Positions 48,663 to 58,305 are shown, numbered from the stretch's first letter. The stretch is DNA of 64,000 nucleotides from Elusimicrobiota bacterium (GCA_044221725.1 JBGAON010000002.1:403000-466999), one strand, 5' to 3'. Numbers and translations: made by a program. Notes: a model not told the origin generated them from the letters alone.

Positions 48663-49001
48663 ATGACGAGACCTGAAAAAAGAAAACAACAGCGGCTGGG
48701 TGCCAATCTTTTCGCCGAACTACTGGACGTCGCATCCGGCCAAGCTCGGGGTCGAGCGGTCGTGGTCGACGTCAGCCTCGGTGGCGTTGCGCTCGAATCG
48801 GAATCCGAATTTTCGCCTGGCGATCTTGTCGAATGCATGATTGAAGTGCCGCTGGTATTCCAAGCGAAAGTGGTGCGTTTCGAAATGAAAGGACAAATTC
48901 GGCGTTACGGTTTGAAATTTGTTAGCCAAAGCATTTTCGATAAATTGTTACTTAAGAAGGTATTAAAGGGCCCTCGTCGGACGCGCAAAGTCTCGCTATG
49001 A
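48663..49001 (+). CDS. PilZ-domain protein (putative c-di-GMP receptor)
   Basis: 112 aa; RKQQR (RxxxR) and DVSLGG (D-x-S-x-x-G) c-di-GMP-binding motifs in the expected order. Confidence 0.6.
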   Translation: MTRPEKRKQQRLGANLFAELLDVASGQARGRAVVVDVSLGGVALESESEFSPGDLVECMIEVPLVFQAKVVRFEMKGQIRRYGLKFVSQSIFDKLLLKKVLKGPRRTRKVSL

Positions 49002-49489
49002 AGCGTTTCCGATTTGTCATTTTTTCGGTGATCACACTCGGTTTCTTGCCTCTGAACGCGACCTACAAAATGGGATCCAGTGATCCGGTAAGAGTTCACA
49101 AAAAGAGCAGCGCCTCCAAAATGGACAGTTCCGATTTCTCGTCCACGCACAAAACGGACCCCGAAAAAGATGCGCTGAAGAATATTTCGGAAAAATTTGG
49201 AATTTCCGTCGACCGGTTGCATTATTATCGTCAGCTGCACTACGGATACGAAGAACTTGTTCCGGCGCTCGTGATTGCCCGTGACGCGCAGGTGGAAGAG
49301 GGCCGCGTGCTGAAAATGAAAACGGATGGAATGCCGTGGAAAGGAATCGTGGATTATTTTTCGCTAAATTTTGAAAATTTCAATAAAGAGACAAACGACG
49401 TGCTGAGTCCACTCCGAAAAACGCTTTCAAAAACGGCGTTAACCGAAACACCGAAAAATCGTGAGGGCTCGAAGAAACATGCAGAATAA
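48998..49489 (+). CDS. hypothetical secreted protein
   Basis: 163 aa; signal peptide; no recognizable domain; overlaps neighbours at both ends. Confidence 0.35.
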   Translation: MKRFRFVIFSVITLGFLPLNATYKMGSSDPVRVHKKSSASKMDSSDFSSTHKTDPEKDALKNISEKFGISVDRLHYYRQLHYGYEELVPALVIARDAQVEEGRVLKMKTDGMPWKGIVDYFSLNFENFNKETNDVLSPLRKTLSKTALTETPKNREGSKKHAE

Positions 49490-50369
49490 ACCCGCCATTG
49501 GCGTGATCGGCCTGGGTATTATGGGAATGGCCATCGCGAAAAACGCGAAAAAAGCGGGCTTCGATGTCGGTGTCACCAACCGTTCGACCGATAAGAGAAC
49601 GGTCGCCGAGAAAGAAAATTTTCGTGTGTTTGGCTCGCCAAAAGAGGTGACTCAACACGCGGACATCGTTATCACGATGGTTACCGATCCCGCCGCCGTG
49701 CGCGCGGTGTTGTCTGGTGATAACGGCGTTTTCAGCGCCACGAATTTGAAAGGAAAAGTTTTGATTCAAATGAGTACGATCGACGAGGCATCCACCGTTG
49801 AGTTTGCGAACGCGGCGTCTGAGAGGGGAATGGAATTTCTCGACTGTCCGGTTGCGGGGAGCAAGAAGCAAGTCGAAGAAGCGCAGTTAATTTTGCTCGC
49901 GGGCGGAGACTCGTCTCTTCTCGACCGGTGCAGTGAGCTCTTCAACGCTATTGGAAAAGCGGTTGTTCACGCCGGCGGCGTTGGCAAAGGCTCGGCGTTA
50001 AAGTTGTGCATGAATCTCATTGTGGCCCAAATGACAACGGCCCTTTGCGAATCCGTATCGCTAGCCGAAGCGCAAAGCGTAAATCCAGCGAAGATTTTTG
50101 AAGTGTTGTCGCACAGTCCGGCGCTCAATTGCGGGTATTTCAAAATCAAAGAGAAAGCGCTTCTCGAACAGAATTTTTCTCCGGCGTTTTCGTTGAACAA
50201 TATGTTGAAAGATGTGCGGTTTATGGATGTCGCCGCGAAAACCAAACGGCTGAACATACCGGTGACCCAGGCCGTGAAATATTTAATGGAAGCGGCGGTT
50301 GCCGCGGGGCACGGAGAAGAAGATCTCACAAGCATTTCGTCGGTTTTAAAACCGGCAACAACCAGATAA
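49479..50369 (+). CDS. NAD(P)-dependent oxidoreductase, 3-hydroxyisobutyrate dehydrogenase family
   Basis: Start at internal ATG (MQNKPAIGVIGLGIMG Rossmann motif); HIBADH-like helical C-terminal domain. Confidence 0.8.
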   Translation: MQNKPAIGVIGLGIMGMAIAKNAKKAGFDVGVTNRSTDKRTVAEKENFRVFGSPKEVTQHADIVITMVTDPAAVRAVLSGDNGVFSATNLKGKVLIQMSTIDEASTVEFANAASERGMEFLDCPVAGSKKQVEEAQLILLAGGDSSLLDRCSELFNAIGKAVVHAGGVGKGSALKLCMNLIVAQMTTALCESVSLAEAQSVNPAKIFEVLSHSPALNCGYFKIKEKALLEQNFSPAFSLNNMLKDVRFMDVAAKTKRLNIPVTQAVKYLMEAAVAAGHGEEDLTSISSVLKPATTR

Positions 50370-50405
50370 GGCCCTTGTTACGGGTCTCAATACAGGAGGT
50401 TTTCC

Positions 50406-51023
50406 TTGGATAAAGTAGCTTGGGGTGGCGTCGTTGCGGCCGGGTGGCCCGTGTTGTCCGTCCTTTTTCTTGCCTCAATCGTCACGTTCGCGGTCATTCT
50501 CGAGCGCTGGAAAGTGTTTTCAAAAATAAAAATCGGAGCGGCGCCATTTCTTGATTCGGTTCGAAAATCGACGGACGCCGAGAAAATAATCTCGTGGTGC
50601 GAAAAATCGGATCAGCCACTCGCATTTATCACGAAAGCCATTTACAAAGCACCATCAACGCGTGAAGACAAAGAGCGCTTGATGCAACGAGCGATTCAAA
50701 CGCTCGTTCAGAAATACGAAATGCGCGTTTCCATTCTCGGAACTGTTGCGAGCGTAGCGCCTTTCGTTGGGTTGCTTGGTACCGTTATCGGAATCATTCG
50801 TGCTTTTCACGCGGTCGCATCAACGTCGGCGGGCGGCGCCAGCGCGGTCGCGATCGGAATTTCGGAAGCATTGGTAGGCACGGCGGCGGGGCTTATCGTC
50901 GCGATTCCCGCGCTTCTTGCGTACAACTATTTTGCGAATCAGATTCGCTATCTGACGCAAGAATGGGAGTTGGCCGGCGAAGAAATAATTGATCTTTCTC
51001 TCAAGGGAAATCGGGGCGCTTAA
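50406..51023 (+). CDS. MotA/TolQ/ExbB-family proton channel
   Basis: 205 aa; three TM helices, conserved block in the TM2-TM3 region; followed by ExbD/TolR and TonB-like genes. Confidence 0.85.
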   Translation: MDKVAWGGVVAAGWPVLSVLFLASIVTFAVILERWKVFSKIKIGAAPFLDSVRKSTDAEKIISWCEKSDQPLAFITKAIYKAPSTREDKERLMQRAIQTLVQKYEMRVSILGTVASVAPFVGLLGTVIGIIRAFHAVASTSAGGASAVAIGISEALVGTAAGLIVAIPALLAYNYFANQIRYLTQEWELAGEEIIDLSLKGNRGA

Positions 51024-51449
51024 ATGAAAGTCGGTGGCTCGCGCGGCAACGGTCGCTATCACATTCAAGCGGAGATCAACATGATTCCATTGATCGACGT
51101 GGCGCTGGTGCTGCTTATCATCTTCATGGTCATTTCGCCGATTCTCGTGGAATCGCAAATGCGCGTGAACGTGCCGAAAGTGACGAGCACCGCTAGCAAG
51201 TCGGAGGAAACGGCACTCAAAGTTGAGATTGCGGCGAACGGCGGACTCGCGTTCCAAGGGAAAGTCGTCACGCGCGATGCACTGAAGACAGTCATGAGCT
51301 TGCAATTGCCTCCCGGACATAAGGCGTCGTTGCTCATTCAGGCCGATAAAGACGTTCCATTCGACTCGGTCGTATACGTGATGGACATAGCGAAACAGTT
51401 GAAAGTCGAAAAATTGGGCGTGGCGGTCCTTCCTCAAACGATGCAGTGA
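51024..51449 (+). CDS. ExbD/TolR-family biopolymer transport protein
   Basis: 141 aa; single N-terminal TM helix (INMIPLIDVALVLLIIFMV) with the conserved Asp, periplasmic domain. Confidence 0.85.
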   Translation: MKVGGSRGNGRYHIQAEINMIPLIDVALVLLIIFMVISPILVESQMRVNVPKVTSTASKSEETALKVEIAANGGLAFQGKVVTRDALKTVMSLQLPPGHKASLLIQADKDVPFDSVVYVMDIAKQLKVEKLGVAVLPQTMQ

Positions 51450-52240
51450 TGCGCCGTTATCTTCTTTCATCGGCCGGTATTCACTTTTCTCTGCTGGGCG
51501 CGTTCTTGTTGTTTGGTTGGTTTCACCGCTCAAATGATTTCTTGATGATTGATGGATTTGATTATGTTGGTTCCGGTGGAGGCGGGGATGGACGCGCCGG
51601 AAGTGGAGGGATTCCCGCAAAAAATATGGGACAGGTAGTTCCAATGCCCATCAAGGTTCCGGTTCCTGCGAAACCCGCTCCCATCCAAAAGCCCGTGGCT
51701 GCTGAACAGACCTGGTCCGTTAAAAATCCCAAGACAGCGCCAACCCCAAAAGAAACTGCGAAACCGGACACGCCGATCGAACGAGCGGAAAAGCCACAAA
51801 AAGAACAATCGAATGTCATTCGGCTTGGTGTGCCGGCGAACACGCAACCGTCGGAGGGTGGTTTTGATTTCGGCACTGGAAAAGGCGGGGGCGGCGGAGA
51901 AGGCGATGGAAAAGGCTTGGGACTCGGGATTGGCTTTGGGCCCGGCGAGGGCGGGGGATTTGGCGGTTTCGGTGGTTACCTTCGGATTTTGCGTGAACGT
52001 ATTTGGTCCGAGTGGGCGCAAACCGCGGTCTATGGATCAAACGAAGTGTGCATCGTCGGGCTCACCGTGGCACGTAGTGGCGACGTGAGTGAGATCAAAG
52101 TTGAAAAACCATCGAACAATCCATTTTATGACAACGTCGCATTGCGGGCGGTTCGTAACGCGTCGCCGCTTCCGCCATTGCCTTCGAGTTTTTCGCGCGA
52201 CTCGCAACGGTTTCGCATCAAATTTCGACTGATCGAATAA
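51446..52240 (+). CDS. TonB-family energy-transducer protein (TonB/TolA-like)
   Basis: 264 aa; N-terminal TM anchor, Pro-rich spacer (PMPIKVPVPAKPAPIQKP), Gly-rich low-complexity tracts, TonB-C-like domain. Confidence 0.7.
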   Translation: MMRRYLLSSAGIHFSLLGAFLLFGWFHRSNDFLMIDGFDYVGSGGGGDGRAGSGGIPAKNMGQVVPMPIKVPVPAKPAPIQKPVAAEQTWSVKNPKTAPTPKETAKPDTPIERAEKPQKEQSNVIRLGVPANTQPSEGGFDFGTGKGGGGGEGDGKGLGLGIGFGPGEGGGFGGFGGYLRILRERIWSEWAQTAVYGSNEVCIVGLTVARSGDVSEIKVEKPSNNPFYDNVALRAVRNASPLPPLPSSFSRDSQRFRIKFRLIE

Positions 52241-52244
52241 TCGA

Positions 52245-53288
52245 ATGCGCATTCTTGTTATTCAGCTGAAAGCGATCGGCGATGTTATTTGCACGACCCC
52301 CATTCCCGCCTACTTAAAGAAAGTTTTTCCCGATGCCGAAGTCGATTTTCTTGTCGGTCAAGTTTCGGCGCCGGTCGTTGAGACGAGTCCCTTTGTTGCA
52401 AACACGCTTGTGTATGACGCCTCAAAGCCGCTGCGCGAAATTTCCCGAATTCGGTCGCGGCGCTACGATGTGGTGATTGATTATTTAACGAACCCGCGCA
52501 CGCGCGTGTTAACCCTCGCTAGCGGCGCGCGATGGAAAATTGCGTTTGATCGCGGCCTTTCGCGGTCGTTCTATTACAATTTCCGCGCTCCGGTGCCGTC
52601 GGAACCGGAGTATGTGCCGGTTCGGAAGCTGCGACTTATTGACGAGTGGTTTGCCAAAATTAAAGTGCCCTCCAAAAAGCCGGAATTTGTGCGACCCAAA
52701 GTTTTTCTTAACGCGGAAGACGAGGCCTTTGCTGAGGAGTGGATTGCAAACGAAGGACTGAACGGAATTCCGTTCGCGATTGTTATGCCGATTCACAAAC
52801 ATCCGATTTGTCGCTGGCAACCCGAGGGGTTTCGTCAGGTTGCGACCGATCTCGTTCAAAAGTTGAAATTGCGCGTTTATTTTGGGTGGGGGCCGGGGGA
52901 GGAACAGGCGTTACGAAAAGTCCACCAAGGGCTCGAGAATCTCGTCGGGCTTTGTCCGCCGGTGTCCTTACGAAAGAATGCCGCTATTCTAAAACGGGCG
53001 ACCTTTCTGCTCGCGAACAATTCGGGATCGATTCATCTGGCTGTATCGGTTGGGACACCCACCGTGGCTATTTTCGGCCCGACCCGAGCTATCGATTGGA
53101 GTCCAGCGTTGTCGCCGATTGCCGATAACGGTTCCGATATCGCGCTACAAGCGGAAGGTCTCGAGTGTCTGGGGTGTCGTCTCAAAGAATGTCCGATCGG
53201 ACACCTGTGCATGAAGGACTTGTCGGCCGACACCGTGCTCGCGGCGTGCAACCGAATGGTCTCGGATACCAGATCAGCGAGACGATAG
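52245..53288 (+). CDS. glycosyltransferase family 9 (LPS heptosyltransferase-like)
   Basis: 347 aa; MRILVIQLKAIGDVI N-terminus and C-terminal NNSGSIHLAVSVGTPTVAIFGPT block typical of GT9 heptosyltransferases. Confidence 0.8.
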   Translation: MRILVIQLKAIGDVICTTPIPAYLKKVFPDAEVDFLVGQVSAPVVETSPFVANTLVYDASKPLREISRIRSRRYDVVIDYLTNPRTRVLTLASGARWKIAFDRGLSRSFYYNFRAPVPSEPEYVPVRKLRLIDEWFAKIKVPSKKPEFVRPKVFLNAEDEAFAEEWIANEGLNGIPFAIVMPIHKHPICRWQPEGFRQVATDLVQKLKLRVYFGWGPGEEQALRKVHQGLENLVGLCPPVSLRKNAAILKRATFLLANNSGSIHLAVSVGTPTVAIFGPTRAIDWSPALSPIADNGSDIALQAEGLECLGCRLKECPIGHLCMKDLSADTVLAACNRMVSDTRSARR

Positions 53289-53804
53289 TTCGGACACGTG
53301 CGCGCGAGCTCGAGTTATCATGGCTTGAGCAGAGTTGCCGTCACGCGGATAGATTGCCCATCCGATGCGCGCAAAAAGCAGTCCGGGATTATTCGGCCAC
53401 AAGAACTGCTGCAAGATATCCGTCCAGCGTGACGTTAGATCGTTGTAGTGGCCCGCACGAATCACATTCTGTGTGAGCGAAACAAGTCGTCTTGCGATTG
53501 TGTCGACTTTTCCGGGATCGACAGCATCAAACACAAGTCCCAGGCCATCCTGAAAGAACCCGACGTATTGACTTGGATGAACGGCCATACGAACCGCCTG
53601 AAAAACTTCTCTTAGAAATCCATTTACTACATGCGGCGGCCGTTTTTTCCGGAACTCAGCCATATTTTCAATTTTTAACATCACAATAAAAAACGGACGG
53701 TTGGTTTCGTTTGACTTTTTCATCGTCAGCTGAATTTGGTTCGCGAACTCGCTGCTTGTAATTTGTGCGGCCGATGCCTGCTGAACCTGCGTTTTGTTGT
53801 CCAT
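53274..53804 (-). CDS. hypothetical protein with degenerate GGDEF-like (nucleotidyl-cyclase fold) pattern
   Basis: 176 aa; block order resembles a GGDEF domain (FFIVMLKIENMAEF ... FFQDGLGLVF ... ARIGWAIYP) but the GG(D/E)EF site reads QDGLGL. Assignment is tentative. Confidence 0.35.
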   Translation of the reverse strand: MDNKTQVQQASAAQITSSEFANQIQLTMKKSNETNRPFFIVMLKIENMAEFRKKRPPHVVNGFLREVFQAVRMAVHPSQYVGFFQDGLGLVFDAVDPGKVDTIARRLVSLTQNVIRAGHYNDLTSRWTDILQQFLWPNNPGLLFARIGWAIYPRDGNSAQAMITRARAHVSELSSR

Positions 53805-54293
53805 GATGCCCCTCCGACGACGAAGATATATTTATTATGCCTGTCTTATTTATGTGTCGTCGGTGTTTTGCTTCCCTATTCTTTACCCTCTGTCGACGGA
53901 AAATACAATGTGACAAATGGCATCCTGAAAATGGGCGGAGTTCTGCGCATGAAAACACGTCGCGAAAATTTCATCGGTGTGTCACCGTCGTTTAAACACT
54001 CAACCGTAGATTCGGAACATGAAAACAAAAGAATTCGCTTGGACAAATGGCTTGTTTGAACAGGACACCCTCGGGTCGGCAACGGGCTCGGCAGATGAGG
54101 TGTTGTATACGATTCGCATGGCGGATCTGCTGCAAATGCCGGATGTGAATTTCGGTGAAGTGGCCGCCGTTGATGTGATGGTTCGTTCTCTCCTTAATTA
54201 AATTGCCAAGTTAACGAAATCCCTTTCTTTCTATCGAAATTGGCTCCAAGCTTTATCCAATGCCGCCCTCTTATTAATAAGGAGCTCCTAATC

Positions 54294-57200
54294 GTGACAC
54301 AAAAAAGAACCGTTTTGCCGTTGCTTTTGGTGTTTCAACTTGTTGTTCCATCGCTTCAAGCCTACGATGATGTTCGACTCACAAAAATCATTCCGTTGGT
54401 TGACCGGAAGACCGTTCCCGGAATAGTTCGTTTGGACAAAAACAAACAGCCGTGGATTCTCGGAGAAGAGAATCAAACGATCCAGCAAATTTCACCGGAA
54501 GGAAAGGCTTCCGTTGTTTTAATGCCGGGCAAAAAGGCGAACGCGCTCTTTAAGTCGCCCATCGATTTTGGATTTATGTCGGACGGATCTCTCGTTGTGG
54601 CGGATCCCGGGTTGGAGCGGGTGGCGGTTATCGCTCCTGAGAAAATCTCGGATAACCCAACGCCCAAAGACTGGAAGAAAACAAAATTGGTTTATTCTTT
54701 TCCGGCGAAAGGCGTGACCGCTGTTGCGGTAAGCGCCGATGACGTGATTGCCGTCGGGTATGAAGATCAATTGGCCATTGATGTTTTCTCAGCGGATGGC
54801 GTGCTCTTGCATCGACTTTATCCCTCGGAAAAATATCAACTTAAGAAAGTCGTGAGCATGGCGTACGGTGCGAACGGACAACTCTGGGTGCTCGAGCAAT
54901 CAAAAGGAGTGTTGCACCGATTTTCAGCCGACCGAAAGTGGTTGGGTGCGCTCGATGGCTTTGAGAATCCCCATAGCATCGCTGTTGATGAATACGGATT
55001 TGCTTATGTGTCTTTGAGCCCGGGCCGGTGGCGTGAAGTCAACCCGGATGGCACGTTGGCTGGCGTGTTTGGCACCAAAGGGAAAAATCCTGGAGAAATG
55101 CTCACACCGAAAGGAATCGCAACGATCGATTCCACGCAAATTCTCGTGTCCGAAACCGGCAACGGGCGTTTGCAAATTTTCCGAATAAACAACAAAGACA
55201 AAAAGTCACGGTTGTTTCGAGAGCCCGCTGCCCATGTGCAGGTGCGGCACATTTCTCAGTGGGAAGACCAGGTTCAAGGTGGCCTCGTCCACCCGAACGG
55301 AAGCATTTTTCTTCTGAACAGCGACCGAAATGTTTTTGAGTGGGTCAACGATCAAGGCGAGTCCAAGTCGTCGGTCAAGAAAAAAGGAAAAGGCACCGGC
55401 GGATTTGTTCATCCGCACAGTATGGTGCTTGATGACGCCGGAAAAATTTGGGTGTCCGATCAGGGCGATCACACCTTGAAGAAGATGTCGGATACCGGTG
55501 ACATTGAGCGGACGCTCGGGCAAAAAGGAAAGAAAGAAGGCGGCCTTAAGTCTCCGAGTTTTCTGAGCGTCCGATCCGACGGATCGGTCGTCGTCGCGGA
55601 CAAAGACAATTCGCGCGTCCAGGTGCTAAGTCCGAACGGACTTTTCTTGTTTCAAGTGGGCACCAACGGGAAAAAAGAAGGACAAATCAGTTCGCTTGTT
55701 GGGCTGGCGTCGAATTCCGAGCTCATCGCGCTATTGGATGGCGCTCGAAGGGCACTCATTTTTTACGACGCGAGCGGAAAATTTGTCTCCGAAATTACAA
55801 ACAAGGAAGGCAAGGCGCCGTACTGGAGTGAGCCGGCCAGTATTGCGTGCGACAGCGAGGGTCGGTTCTACGTGCTCGACAATGGCTCAAAGCGCGTGCG
55901 AATTTTTAACCGGAAGGGTCAATTTTTAGCCGACTTTTCTTCAAAAGGCCAAAACATTTCCTGTGGTATCGATCACAAAGTTCTCGTGACGGATCTGAAA
56001 ACAGTTTCTCTCTACACGGTGCGACTGGTGCCCAAGGCGCTACAAAATGTCGCAGCGGCCGACGTGGATGGCGACCTGCAAATCACGTGGGATAAGAACT
56101 TTGAAGCGAAAGAGTATGCCATCTATCGATCAAGCGCCGGTGGGGGGGCTGCAACGGTGGTTACAAAAGTCGCCGAACCGCCGTTTGTCGATCGAGACGT
56201 GACGCCCGGTGTTACCTATACCTATGGTGTTGTCGGTGTGAACGATGCTGGGAACGAAGGGAACTGGGCGGAGTCGAAGCCGGTGAAGGCACCAAAAAGA
56301 AAAGACGTCTCGCTGATCAGTATTCAGAAAATCGATCTTAAGCCGGTATTCACGGCGGCAAACAAGTACTACGTGAAAAACCCGATTGGAACGATAACGG
56401 TTCGCAACAACGATGACAAATCGTTCCGGAACGTGAAGATCACCTTGGGACTTAAAAAGTACTGTGACTTTCCAACCGAAATTGTGGTTCCGGACTTGGC
56501 CGCCGGCGAAGAGAAGGGGATTCCGGTGACGATGACATTTAATGATTCTATTTTTGAGTTGACCGAAGATACCCCCGTTCAAATGGATGTGAGAGTGTCG
56601 TACTTTGAAGATAATACCGAGAAAAGTATTTCGCAAAACGCTCCGATCACGCTTTACTCACGTAACACGATTGCCTGGAGTGAAAAGGACCGAATTGCAT
56701 CTTTCATCACTCCGAAGGATCCGCCGATCGTCGAATTTGCGCGAACGGCGATTCGCGACAACATGCTGCTATTAAAGGGATCCACGGTCACTCGCCCATT
56801 AGCGAAAGCGGCTCTTTTTTATGAATCGATGAACGCGCTCGGCATTTCTTATGTGCCCGATCCGAAGACGCCTTTCACCGAAGTCTCGAAAAATCCCGAC
56901 GTATTGGATTACGTTCAATTTCCTCGCGAAACGTTGCGGCGCAAAACCGGCGATTGTGACGACACAACAGCGCTGTTGGCGGCGCTTTTGGAGAGCGTTG
57001 GCGTTTCCGTGGCGCTCATCGATATGCCTGGTCACATTCTATTAATGGCGAACACGGAAGAGAGCGACATAGCGGTCATCGGACTCCCCGCGGAACGCTT
57101 CATTCGTTTCCAGGGAACGTATTGGGTTCCGATCGAAACGACACGTCTTGGACAAGATTTTGCGGCCGCATGGCAGAGCGGCATTGCGACGGTGTTATCG

Positions 57201-57776
57201 GCAAAAGATCCTTCGCAAATTCGCTATATGCGAGTGGAAGAAGCGATGGAAAAGTTTCCACCGGTAACACTCGTCGCGGTCGAAAAAGATTCCCAGGCGT
57301 TTCCCGCTGATAAAGTGCGCGGCACGTTTCCGCCGGTGTTAACAAAACTGCAAGAGGAGCGGTACGAAGCGCTGCTAAAAGACATCAAAAAAGAGATCAA
57401 AGACAATCCCGTGGATCATATGCTTCAAGTTCGATTGGGAATGATTCAAGTGGAAGGTGGGCATGCGGCGGAAGGCAGGCAAACGTTCATTTCTCTTTTA
57501 AAGGAAGACGAAGCGGTTGAGGTTCAATCCGCAGCGCGTAACAACCTCGGCAACCTTGCCTATCTGGACGGCGATTACAAAGAGGCGTTCACCCATTATG
57601 AAAAGGGCTTGATTCTAACGCCGGACGATGGCGGAATTATGGTCAACAAAGCACGGACCGCCTGGCGTCTTGGCGACAAAGAAACCGCGGTGAAAACCCT
57701 GGAACAAGCAAAACAAGTTTATTCCGACTGGCAGGATTTTGCGGCCGATATTCCCGCCGAATACCTGCCCAAATAA
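54294..57776 (+). CDS. large secreted multidomain protein: NHL-repeat beta-propeller(s), FN3/Ig-like domain, transglutaminase-like domain, C-terminal TPR
   Basis: Start placed at GTG 54294, 9 nt after AAGGAG, giving a signal peptide. Repeated NHL-like units (VADPGLERVAVI, VSETGNGRLQIF, VSDQGDHTLKKM, VADKDNSRVQVL, VLDNGSKRVRIF). Transglutaminase-like core TGDCDDTTALLAALLESVGV...GH. TPR-like helices near the C-terminus. Confidence 0.75.
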   Translation: MTQKRTVLPLLLVFQLVVPSLQAYDDVRLTKIIPLVDRKTVPGIVRLDKNKQPWILGEENQTIQQISPEGKASVVLMPGKKANALFKSPIDFGFMSDGSLVVADPGLERVAVIAPEKISDNPTPKDWKKTKLVYSFPAKGVTAVAVSADDVIAVGYEDQLAIDVFSADGVLLHRLYPSEKYQLKKVVSMAYGANGQLWVLEQSKGVLHRFSADRKWLGALDGFENPHSIAVDEYGFAYVSLSPGRWREVNPDGTLAGVFGTKGKNPGEMLTPKGIATIDSTQILVSETGNGRLQIFRINNKDKKSRLFREPAAHVQVRHISQWEDQVQGGLVHPNGSIFLLNSDRNVFEWVNDQGESKSSVKKKGKGTGGFVHPHSMVLDDAGKIWVSDQGDHTLKKMSDTGDIERTLGQKGKKEGGLKSPSFLSVRSDGSVVVADKDNSRVQVLSPNGLFLFQVGTNGKKEGQISSLVGLASNSELIALLDGARRALIFYDASGKFVSEITNKEGKAPYWSEPASIACDSEGRFYVLDNGSKRVRIFNRKGQFLADFSSKGQNISCGIDHKVLVTDLKTVSLYTVRLVPKALQNVAAADVDGDLQITWDKNFEAKEYAIYRSSAGGGAATVVTKVAEPPFVDRDVTPGVTYTYGVVGVNDAGNEGNWAESKPVKAPKRKDVSLISIQKIDLKPVFTAANKYYVKNPIGTITVRNNDDKSFRNVKITLGLKKYCDFPTEIVVPDLAAGEEKGIPVTMTFNDSIFELTEDTPVQMDVRVSYFEDNTEKSISQNAPITLYSRNTIAWSEKDRIASFITPKDPPIVEFARTAIRDNMLLLKGSTVTRPLAKAALFYESMNALGISYVPDPKTPFTEVSKNPDVLDYVQFPRETLRRKTGDCDDTTALLAALLESVGVSVALIDMPGHILLMANTEESDIAVIGLPAERFIRFQGTYWVPIETTRLGQDFAAAWQSGIATVLSAKDPSQIRYMRVEEAMEKFPPVTLVAVEKDSQAFPADKVRGTFPPVLTKLQEERYEALLKDIKKEIKDNPVDHMLQVRLGMIQVEGGHAAEGRQTFISLLKEDEAVEVQSAARNNLGNLAYLDGDYKEAFTHYEKGLILTPDDGGIMVNKARTAWRLGDKETAVKTLEQAKQVYSDWQDFAADIPAEYLPK

Positions 57777-57788
57777 TAGGAGGAGCGT

Positions 57789-58286
57789 ATGAAAAAGTGG
57801 ATCGTCATTTTGATGCTGGCAATTTCAATCAACGGGTACGCTTCCGCCGGCAAGAAGAAAAAAGTTCACCACTCCACGAAGCCGACTTCGACCAGCAAAA
57901 GCTCCGCAAAACTGACGGAGGTGGAGGCAGCACCAAAAAAGAAAACGAGCGAATCATTCCAGTCGTGGCTCAAAGAAATGAAAAAGCGTGTGGCGCACAC
58001 GAACACAAAGCAGAACCAGTTGGTGGCGGTGGCGGCCGTGCGCGGCAGTGAAACCCCGGATACACCACCGCTGTATTGGAAAGGGAAGAAAGGGGAAGGC
58101 AAGGTTCAGGCGCCCGAGATAAAAGATTTTGAGACGGCGATTGACGCGGCACTGAGCGGCGATTCGGTGGCCGCCAAAGAGAAATTGCAATCCTTTGTGC
58201 TTGCTTATCCGCAAAGTTCGCTTGTTGCCGATGCGAACGAAACACTGACCAAACTGGATGCGACGGCTCCCACAGCCAATCCCTAA
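57789..58286 (+). CDS. hypothetical secreted Lys-rich protein
   Basis: 165 aa; strong RBS (AGGAGG), signal peptide, Lys-rich low-complexity N-terminal region; 12 nt after the large protein. Confidence 0.45.
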   Translation: MKKWIVILMLAISINGYASAGKKKKVHHSTKPTSTSKSSAKLTEVEAAPKKKTSESFQSWLKEMKKRVAHTNTKQNQLVAVAAVRGSETPDTPPLYWKGKKGEGKVQAPEIKDFETAIDAALSGDSVAAKEKLQSFVLAYPQSSLVADANETLTKLDATAPTANP

Positions 58287-58305
58287 ATAGTAAATTCGGC
58301 GCCGG

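Noticed and set aside
51560-51980. Gly-rich low-complexity tracts in the TonB-like protein
   Set aside because: These are protein-level low-complexity linkers within a continuous ORF, not a nucleotide repeat array; no CRISPR-like periodicity.
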